Assembly: GCA_963796955.1 (NCBI GenBank)
Contig: CAWCNJ010000008.1
Coordinates: 64,001-128,000, forward strand
Reading direction: 5' to 3'
DNA: 64,000 nucleotides
From: Endomicrobiales bacterium
GTDB taxonomy: Bacteria > Elusimicrobiota > Endomicrobiia > Endomicrobiales > JALOBY01
Shown: piece by piece, positions 12,115 to 20,400 of the stretch
Layout of the letters: each line of letters opens with the position of its first letter
How positions within the stretch are numbered: the stretch's first letter is position 1
The notes under the pieces: generated by a model
What the model saw: only the letters and a program-made list of their open reading frames with translations
Database searches by the model: none
What the model was told of the DNA's origin: nothing
Translations under genes and position numbers: made by a program

Positions 12115-13458
12115 ATGAATTTTGCGAAAAAGTTGACAGTTATTGCCGGAGTTGTTGTCCTGTTCAATCTTTCCTTGTTATGTGCCGCTGAAGATCCGGT
12201 GTTCATAAGAGGAACGCGTGTGTTGGGTATGGGCGGCGCGTTCACCGCCATTTCAGACGATCAGAATGCAATGTTCTTCAATCCCGCGGGCTTAACTCAG
12301 CGGCAGGCCGGCCAGTTCACGATGTTTGAAGTGCAGACGACCATCAGCGAAGATACGATGAATTTTTATCAGTTCTATCAGGATAACCAGGATAAGCTGA
12401 AGGATTTTGAAAACCTGAGCAACACTGACAAGGCCGATCTCATCACCAAGATCAACGATACGGTTACCAAATACAAAACACGCATCCGGCTGAGCTTTCC
12501 CGAACCGAGCTATGTTTCCGGTCCCGGCTTTATCAGCTGGGGTGCAGGGATCTTTGATCAGGCTGACATCGGCTTTAAGATGAATCGCGGCGTATTGTTC
12601 CCTACAATAGATATATGGGGAAATGTCGATGTTGTTTGTGCCGTTCCATTGGCTCATCGCTTTGACACGGTGCCGTACATACCGGGCACGCTTTCAGTCG
12701 GCATTACACCTAAGTTCATAGACCGCGGCAAGATCGCTGAATACGGAAAATCCATTCTTGAGTTCAGCGATTTCAGCCCGATAATCCAGCAGGGGCAGGG
12801 ATATGGGTTAGACTTTGGCGCGCTGTACCAGCCAACCGGGCGGTGGAACGCAGGTGTAACGGTCAATGATATCGGCGGCACGCCCATTAGTTACGCCAGC
12901 GTCGATACGACAAAGGATAAAGTAGAAACAAAGATAGACGCAACAACCGGCGTGATCATGCCCAGGCTGAACGTCGGCGCGGCCTATGTGCCGTCAAAAA
13001 TTTGCTATTGGCCCGGAAAGTCTTTCAGCACCAAAGATCGCCTTGTTTTCGCCGCTGATGTTGACGATATGGTGAATGATAAGGAACCGCTTACGGATGA
13101 GTCTGTCTGGAAGAAGGTGCATTTGGGTGCTGAATTCCGTTTTTACACGCTGTCGCTGCGCGGTGGTTATAACTCCGGCTATCCCAGCTTCGGCGTCGGC
13201 TTTGGCATACCGTACATAGGTCTTAACATTGATTACGCCTACTGGGCCGATGAGCTGGGCCGTTTTGCCGGCCAGCAGCCTGAGTGGAACCACCAGATAA
13301 ACCTGTCCATGAAATGGGGCGGCATGTGCGGCCGCGCGTATGGCAGCGATATAAAACAAAAGTGCGAGACCAAAGAAAAGACGACTGATAAACCAATAGC
13401 TCCGAAAGCTTCCAGTCCGACAGAAACGCCCAAAACAAGCGAGCCGACAACCAAATGA
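12115..13458 (+). CDS. Outer-membrane beta-barrel, PorV/FadL/TraF-like
   Basis: Signal peptide, then RVLGMGGAFTAISDD..AMFFNPAGL (N-terminal motif shared by PorV, FadL and TraF_2 families); amphipathic strands (GLDFGALY, HLGAEF, LRGGY, IDYAY). Confidence 0.75.
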   Translation: MNFAKKLTVIAGVVVLFNLSLLCAAEDPVFIRGTRVLGMGGAFTAISDDQNAMFFNPAGLTQRQAGQFTMFEVQTTISEDTMNFYQFYQDNQDKLKDFENLSNTDKADLITKINDTVTKYKTRIRLSFPEPSYVSGPGFISWGAGIFDQADIGFKMNRGVLFPTIDIWGNVDVVCAVPLAHRFDTVPYIPGTLSVGITPKFIDRGKIAEYGKSILEFSDFSPIIQQGQGYGLDFGALYQPTGRWNAGVTVNDIGGTPISYASVDTTKDKVETKIDATTGVIMPRLNVGAAYVPSKICYWPGKSFSTKDRLVFAADVDDMVNDKEPLTDESVWKKVHLGAEFRFYTLSLRGGYNSGYPSFGVGFGIPYIGLNIDYAYWADELGRFAGQQPEWNHQINLSMKWGGMCGRAYGSDIKQKCETKEKTTDKPIAPKASSPTETPKTSEPTTK

Positions 13459-15164
13459 GAGTTAGAAATATCCTGTTTACGTTAATATCAGTTTGTGTCT
13501 GTAGTGCGCCGGTCTATGCGGTGCCCAGCATTGACGGCAGGCCGGGCCCGCGTGAGCATGTGCGCCGCCATCCTAAACATTTGCTACGGAATGCCCCCAA
13601 TACAACGGCAGCGCCTAATGAAATTATCCATCCGGCGACAGGAACGCAAAAAGTCGCGGTGATCCTGGTACAGTTCGCCAGCTCAGGTGGTGCGACCGGT
13701 GGAGATGCGGCAGCGACCTTAAGCAACATAGATATTATCGGTTTCAATAAAACGTTCAGATACCTGAAAAAGTTCTACGCTGAAGCTTCTTATAATCTGC
13801 TCGACCTTGAGATAACCTTCATTACACAATCCAGCAGTTTGACACTGACGGATGTCAGTGGTCTCAGCGGTTTTGAAGCACCCTATACGTTACCGAGCCC
13901 AATGGCGCACTATGGTTCCGATGATGCAGGCCAGGCGGAACTTATCGCTGATTCGCTTTCCCTTGTCGGTTCGTCCGTAACTGCGCCGGCATTCGACGCG
14001 GTGCTTATCGCGCATGCAGGTTATGGCGAGGAGTCCAACACCGGCAATACTGCCGATATCTGGTCTGCGATGACCGGTTTTGGAACGGACGCTTCAGGTA
14101 ATGAGAAAAAGGTCAACGGATTCACCGACGGGGCTGTTTTTCCTGCCCGTGAAGACGGCACTGCAAGCCCGATCGGTGTAACCTGTCATGAATTCGGTCA
14201 TATTCTCGGATTTCCCGACCTGTATAAGACCGCGACAAGCGCAGATCCGACACAAAGTGTGAAAGTTGGCTATTGGTGCCTTATGGATCAGGGCGCGTGG
14301 CTTGGTGATGGTGCGACACCCGCGCCGCCGTCATTGTGGTGCAGGGCTTTGGAAGGGTGGGTCGTGCCAAAACCGCTCTCAAGCCAGCAGATGTTATCAG
14401 GTGTTATCCAGTCTGAAACGAATAACAGTACTGTCTATCAAATCCCCGTGCTGAACAGTTCATCGGAGTACTTCCTGGTCTGTTATTCATCAAAATCAGC
14501 TTACAATGTTGTTCCGCCGGGTCAGGGGTTTTTGATCTGGCACATAGACGAGGGAACCATCGACGGTACCACCTTCGTTCAGCGCCTGGAAAATAATGTC
14601 ATAGATAACTTCTCTCATAACACTGTCGCGCTGGTCACTGCTTCAAATACCACGCCCGACAAAAGGCCCTTTGGTACGGCCAACGACCCATGGCCGGGCT
14701 TGAAAGGGACTTTTACCACACCGGATTCAGATTCATACTCCGGTCAGAGATCCGGCATCGTGATAAGCAACTTTTTAGGAAGTTCTCTGGACTTATCTAC
14801 CAACAAAATGTCCGACAAGGTCGGTTTTGCAGGACTCTTCAACTATCCGAATCCTGCCGGTGCAGGATATAACTCGGGCGCGTCGGGTATCCTTACCACA
14901 TTCGCAATGCAATATACGCGCCCGCCAAGGACCATGTCTCTGGATATCTATACACTGTCCGGCGAACATGTACGAAGTATCAAAACCGGCGATATAAAAC
15001 CGCCTCAGCGCTCGCTAAATCCGAACAACGATTTTAAGTGGGTTTATGAGTATGGGTGGGACGGTAGAAATGATTCCGGCGACAACGTAGCGCCCGGTGT
15101 ATACATATACCGTGCTACGGGGGACGATGCTATCAAGCTCGGCAGGATGGCGGTGGTTCGTTAG
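13455..15164 (+). CDS. Secreted M6 (immune inhibitor A-like) zinc metalloprotease with C-terminal T9SS type A / FlgD Ig-like domain
   Basis: Signal peptide, HAGYGEE, HEFGHILGFPDLY, WCLMDQGAW; C-terminus NYPNP...IYTLSGEHVRSI...WDGRNDSG..VAPGVYIYR...RMAVVR. Confidence 0.85.
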   Translation: MRVRNILFTLISVCVCSAPVYAVPSIDGRPGPREHVRRHPKHLLRNAPNTTAAPNEIIHPATGTQKVAVILVQFASSGGATGGDAAATLSNIDIIGFNKTFRYLKKFYAEASYNLLDLEITFITQSSSLTLTDVSGLSGFEAPYTLPSPMAHYGSDDAGQAELIADSLSLVGSSVTAPAFDAVLIAHAGYGEESNTGNTADIWSAMTGFGTDASGNEKKVNGFTDGAVFPAREDGTASPIGVTCHEFGHILGFPDLYKTATSADPTQSVKVGYWCLMDQGAWLGDGATPAPPSLWCRALEGWVVPKPLSSQQMLSGVIQSETNNSTVYQIPVLNSSSEYFLVCYSSKSAYNVVPPGQGFLIWHIDEGTIDGTTFVQRLENNVIDNFSHNTVALVTASNTTPDKRPFGTANDPWPGLKGTFTTPDSDSYSGQRSGIVISNFLGSSLDLSTNKMSDKVGFAGLFNYPNPAGAGYNSGASGILTTFAMQYTRPPRTMSLDIYTLSGEHVRSIKTGDIKPPQRSLNPNNDFKWVYEYGWDGRNDSGDNVAPGVYIYRATGDDAIKLGRMAVVR

Positions 15165-15170
15165 ATGTGT

Positions 15171-16250
15171 CTAACGCTGTACTCTTTTCAGCATGAATAA
15201 TCCAAAAACCGCGAATATGATATTCGCCAGCCAGGCGGCGAATAGCGGCGAAATGAATTTGTTTTCTCCCAGAGACTGTGCTATCGCCTGAACCCCCCAA
15301 TAAATAAACGCGAAAATAAGAGCGAACGTAAAGCTCAGCACCTTGCTATGCCTGCCGCCCAGGCCTATGGCGAACGGTATGCCTATCATGATCACCACGA
15401 TATGGCTGCACACCGAGGCCCAGCGGGAATAAAATTGTATCTCTTCCTTCTCCGACGGCGCGCCAACCGCTTTTAATTTTTTTATAAGGTCCAGCATCAT
15501 GGGCGAGGTCATCTGCTCGGGGCGCGTTCTGTTGATCGCAAAATCAGCGGGCTTAAAAGATATCGGTATTACTGCATCTATGAACGGCGCTTCGTTCACG
15601 CCGCTTACCGAATAGGTCCGTAGCACGCCGTTATGAGCCGTCCAAACTCCGTTGTTAAGTTCTGCCGATTCAGCAACTACCTGCCTGGTCAAGTGAAAAT
15701 TTTCGTCAAAATAGTCGATCACGATATTGTTGAGCCTGTTTTTGTCCACCAGCAGGGATCCCGCCGTCATCCTGGCGTGTTCCGATGGAAGGGAAACAAC
15801 AAAATCGTAATAATCATTGCGTATTTTCTGCGGTTCCTTGCGTATCGTTGCCCGCACTTGTTCCGCCTTAACTATCGTGAACGGTATCACTGCTTCCCTC
15901 AGCACTATTTCTGTTACGCCGATGCCTACCCCGAGCAGCGAGAATAAAATAAGAATGCGGTACACATTGATGCCGGCCGCTTTTATAGCGGTGATCTCAT
16001 TTTGCTTTGCCAGTTTTCCCAGGGAAAATAAGACGGCAAGCAGCACCGCGACCGGCAGTACCTGAATGATCCACCAGGGCAGGTTCAGCAGAAGATACTG
16101 ACCTACGGACAGAAAAGACGCTTTTGTTTCTATGTAAAAGTTTAGTTCTCGGAAGAATTCAGAGATTAGCACCAGGCCGCCGAATGCTGCCGAGCTTAAG
16201 GCAAGCGGTTTAAGGAACTCCATGATAAGGTACCGGTTCAGTATTTTCAT
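15171..16250 (-). CDS. lptG: LPS export ABC permease, LptG-like
   Basis: MKILNRYL start at 16250, NEITAIKAAG, periplasmic domain, AAWLAN; tandem with an LptF-like gene. Confidence 0.85.
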   Translation of the reverse strand: MKILNRYLIMEFLKPLALSSAAFGGLVLISEFFRELNFYIETKASFLSVGQYLLLNLPWWIIQVLPVAVLLAVLFSLGKLAKQNEITAIKAAGINVYRILILFSLLGVGIGVTEIVLREAVIPFTIVKAEQVRATIRKEPQKIRNDYYDFVVSLPSEHARMTAGSLLVDKNRLNNIVIDYFDENFHLTRQVVAESAELNNGVWTAHNGVLRTYSVSGVNEAPFIDAVIPISFKPADFAINRTRPEQMTSPMMLDLIKKLKAVGAPSEKEEIQFYSRWASVCSHIVVIMIGIPFAIGLGGRHSKVLSFTFALIFAFIYWGVQAIAQSLGENKFISPLFAAWLANIIFAVFGLFMLKRVQR

Positions 16251-17338
16251 TTTTTCAGCATGATCCGCCACAGGTACCCGGCGAAGACCAGGGTAACGAC
16301 ATCCGGCAGCCACATGACCACCGACGGAGCGGCAAGACCTTTTTCGCTCAGGTTTATGCCGCTTACCAGCAGGATATAGTACACGAACAAGACGATCAGG
16401 CTGATGCCGAAGCCGATGCCCTTACCGCCTTTTTCCAGGATCAGTCCCAATGGGATGGCGATCAGCGCGAACACCAGCGGCGCGGCGGCAAGCACGTAGC
16501 GCATCCAGTACTCGGTCTCAAGAAAATTGGTCGGCATTTTCTTCTGGCGATACGCGTTAATTTCTGCTCTCAGCTCCCGCGCGTTCATTTCTCTCAGGGA
16601 TTGGCCGAACGGCGTATTTTTGTTGTCCATGTCGATGGCAAACCGATAGGTCTGAAAGTTAAGGTTGACCAGGCTTTGCGGTTTTGCCGGGTTCGGCTGC
16701 TGCCAAAAACCGTTGAACAGATTGAAGACCACCGCATTGCCTTCCAGTTCAACGGTCGCCGAGGTGGCGGTTATGCGCCAGGGCATGCCGTTCTCGTTCG
16801 GGGCGAATTTGTAAATATTCAGGTGCTGCAGGGAATTGTCCACTTTGTTGATATGCTCGACATACAGTTTGTAGTCGCTCAGATTAGTAATCACTTTTTC
16901 TTCAAATTTAACCAGCGGGCTCTGGGCCAGTATCTCGCGGTACATGCCGCGGAACTCTCTTTGTGTCGCGGGCGAGACATACTGGTTGAACAGCACCAGA
17001 CAGGCGCTAAGGAGTATTGCGCATACCACTACCGGGCGGGTTACTGTTTTAAACTTCAGGCCGGCCGAACGGATCGCCGTAATTTCGTTGTCTTCGCTGA
17101 GCCTGCCGAAAGAGAGCAGAATAGCCAGCAGAACTGACATCGGTATCGTAAGGGAAAATATATTAGGCAGGGCAAGACAGAAAAGTTTAACAACGGTCAA
17201 TAAATGAACACCCTTGCCAAGCAAAAGGTTCATCAGCTGAAAAAGCTGGTCCAACAGCAAAATACCGGAGAATACCAGCAGGCCAAAAATAAATGATTCA
17301 GCCACCTCACGAATTACGTATCTGTTAAGTATTCTCAT
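16247..17338 (-). CDS. lptF: LPS export ABC permease, LptF-like
   Basis: MRILNRYV start at 17338, FGRLSEDNEITAIRSAG, WLPD. Confidence 0.85.
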   Translation of the reverse strand: MRILNRYVIREVAESFIFGLLVFSGILLLDQLFQLMNLLLGKGVHLLTVVKLFCLALPNIFSLTIPMSVLLAILLSFGRLSEDNEITAIRSAGLKFKTVTRPVVVCAILLSACLVLFNQYVSPATQREFRGMYREILAQSPLVKFEEKVITNLSDYKLYVEHINKVDNSLQHLNIYKFAPNENGMPWRITATSATVELEGNAVVFNLFNGFWQQPNPAKPQSLVNLNFQTYRFAIDMDNKNTPFGQSLREMNARELRAEINAYRQKKMPTNFLETEYWMRYVLAAAPLVFALIAIPLGLILEKGGKGIGFGISLIVLFVYYILLVSGINLSEKGLAAPSVVMWLPDVVTLVFAGYLWRIMLKK

Positions 17339-17347
17339 ATTTGAAGT

Positions 17348-17376
17348 ATTATAACTAAATATATATATATTTGCAA
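17348..17376 (-). promoter_or_regulatory. sigma70-type promoter for lptF (TTGCAA-N17-TATAAT) with an (AT)6 tract in the spacer
   Basis: Minus strand: -35 at 17371-17376, -10 at 17348-17353, 9 nt before the ATG. Confidence 0.65.
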
Positions 17377-17442
17377 AATTAAGTGGTATTTTCAGGCAAA
17401 ATCGTTTATAATTAATAGGCAGGAACAGCATTACCAAATTAC

Positions 17443-20400
17443 ATGAAACGCATTGTATTTATCATTGGTTTCGCATTTGCATTTCTATGGATTTTGTATC
17501 AGTCCGCAGAATCTCAGTTCTACACCGGCCACCGTGCGTTTTCAGTGCTTGGGCCGGGTAAAGATGCGATAATTGAACAGGCTGCTTCCACCTCGACCGT
17601 AGTAGTAACTTCCACGGCTTCGGTGTCTTCACAAGTTCCATCAAGCACTGGCCGTTACGCGATAGATATCCCAACCACGACGTTATCAGACCAGGCCGGC
17701 GACCAATTCCTGAAGTACCTTGATGACAGTAATTTCTTTCATTATTCAACCAAACGCTGGATAAACCTGCGCACAGCGGCCGAAACAGGCAGGAACCCGG
17801 GAGAACAGGTGATCGTTTCATCGGGCACCAGGCGGGCCCCTCCGCAATTACCGCCCGGCCTTTCCGTAGAGCTGCCCTATGAATCCCAGCTTTCAATATC
17901 GGGCAGAAAAACCATCGGCGTCGGTTACAAAACCACTATGTACCGTTTTCCTGATCCGGTTAAACGTATAAACACGAATGCCATGACCATGGACCAGCAG
18001 CTGCAGGTGCGCATTAAGGGACAAGTGGGAAGAAAGATAAACGTTAACGTTGACTTTGACGATACGACCGCGGACAAACGCGATATTTCCGTTGTGTATA
18101 AAGGCGATCCGGAAGAAGTGGTGCAGGAGGCCGCCTTCGGTGATATCACCATGTCGCTGCCATCAACCGAATTCGTCGGTTACTCCAAACAGCTTTTCGG
18201 CGTGAAGATCGATGCGAAACCTACCAAAAACCTGCACACGTGGGGCTTCTTCAGCCGGACCAAAGGTTTTTCAGAAGCAAAGCGTTTCATCGGCAATACA
18301 CAGCTTAACCGTACGCAGATATCTGATACCTCCTATATCCCGATGAAATACTATAATCTGCTGTTCCCCAATATAGGGAAGGTGAAAACCGGCTCCGTTC
18401 GGGTCTTGCGCGACGACCGTATCAGCACGAACAATAATATCACGACTTCTACCGGCACACTTGTTGAAACGTACCCCGGTAATCTCGGTGCGTCAACAAC
18501 CTATTACGTCGGCGATTTTGACCAGCTGGTGCCCGGTCAGGATTTCACCGTTGATTACGAGCGTGGTTTTATTTTCTTCAAGATGCATTTGAACCCGACC
18601 GATGTGATCGCGGTAGATTACCAGAAAGACGACGGTACCTGGCTCAGCGCCGCTGACGGACTGTTAAAAATTATTAAAGATGAGAACAATAATCCCTCCA
18701 TTTCGACGGAAATGAAGACCTTCTATTCGCTGGGGAATATTAAGATCATCAGGGATGACGGCAGAGGCAATTTCCTGCTGAAGATACAAGACCTGAACAA
18801 CAATACGCTTACCGGCAATATGATCGACAACGGTGACGGCACGTTCAAGACGGTCCCCGTGTATCCAGAGACCAATCCGAACGTACCGGGCATAGTCGTC
18901 GATTTCGATTCCGGAATATTCTATCTCGATCCGCCCAATGGCAGGCCGTTCCATGACGCTCTGTATACCCAGGCCTTGCACAAGTACAGTTTCCTGACCG
19001 AATACCATTACCGTAACAAATTCATTACGCTCCGGCCCGGTATCGTGCCTCAGTCGGAGCGTATCACCTTGAACGGGCGGACGATCACGCGCGATCAGGA
19101 CTACTTTATTGACTATGACGCGGGCCTGGTAACCTTCATTAATGATGGCGATATACGTGAAGATACGGTTATCGACATAAATTATGATTATGCTCCGTTC
19201 GGTTCCGCGGGCGGTTCTACGCTGGTCGGTTTGCGCACAGAACTGGCCGCAACAAAAAATATCAGCCTCGGTTCAAGCTATATTTATGATTTCGCAGCCC
19301 AGTCCGTTGCCGTGCCGGATATTCGCACGACACCCTCTTCGTTACAGGTATGGGAGGGAGACGCGAAGGTTGCCAGCACAAAAGTTCCCGGGCTGCCCTT
19401 GACGGCCGCCTTCGGCGGCGAATATGCCAGCAGCAAAAGCAACCCTAATATTATGGGAAAAGCTATCGTGGAATCCATGGAGGGTGTGAAGCTCGAGGAT
19501 GACGTTTCTTTATATGATCAAAATTGGCATCCTGCCAGCAACCCTTCGGGCCTCAGATATTTCCTTGGCCTCGATCCCGCGAACAGCAGCAGGACAAAGG
19601 ATATCTTCTGGCAAAGCGTGAACGTTCCGAAGAAAGAACTATACCCGAACAACGACCGGCTTACCGGGAACGATCAGCAGCAATGCCTGTCCGTTGAATA
19701 CGACCTTACCCGTTCAACGGAAGTCTCCATTATCCAGCCGATCTCTTCGGTCGGCATAGATTACTCCAAGAAATCATTCCTGGAAGTGTGGATAAACGGC
19801 GACGGCAAAGGCGAGCAGCTTCTGATCAGCTACGGATCGTTGAGCGAAGACGTGGATGGTACGGGCGGAGACCATGGCATGCCTAAGACCGAAGACAAGA
19901 ACCTGGACGGAACACTGAACGCGGGCGAAGATGTCGGCTGGAAATTCATCAATCCGGACGGCACATCCTACCAGGTAGGCAATAACAATGCCAAACTCGA
20001 CACCGAGGATCTTGACGGTAACGGTGTGCTTTCTACCGCAGACCAGGTCGCGGGCGAATTCGGTATGGCGCAAAACGATTATTTCCGTACCGCCACAGAT
20101 GAATCCGGCGTCCCCTATACGGCAGTTACCTGGACCGGCTGGAAATATTTTAAAATACCTCTTAATATAACGCCGGATCAGATGCTGGACTGGCGATCCG
20201 TTAAACAGGTCAGGCTGACCTTGAGAGCGAGCGGTGCTGGGCAGGTCGGCGCGATCAGGCTGGCCAAACTGGGCCTGACCGGTAATAAGTTCGACAATCC
20301 TGTGAGTTCGGTGCTGGACAGCACTATCACGGTGACCGCGATCAACACGATCGACGATGCCGCGGTGTATCCCCTGGGCCAGTCACTGCTGGTGAACTCC

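Noticed and set aside
12115..13458. Conjugative element suggested by TraF-like similarity
   Set aside because: No relaxase, VirB4, coupling protein or integrase in the window; the motif is shared across the FadL/PorV superfamily.
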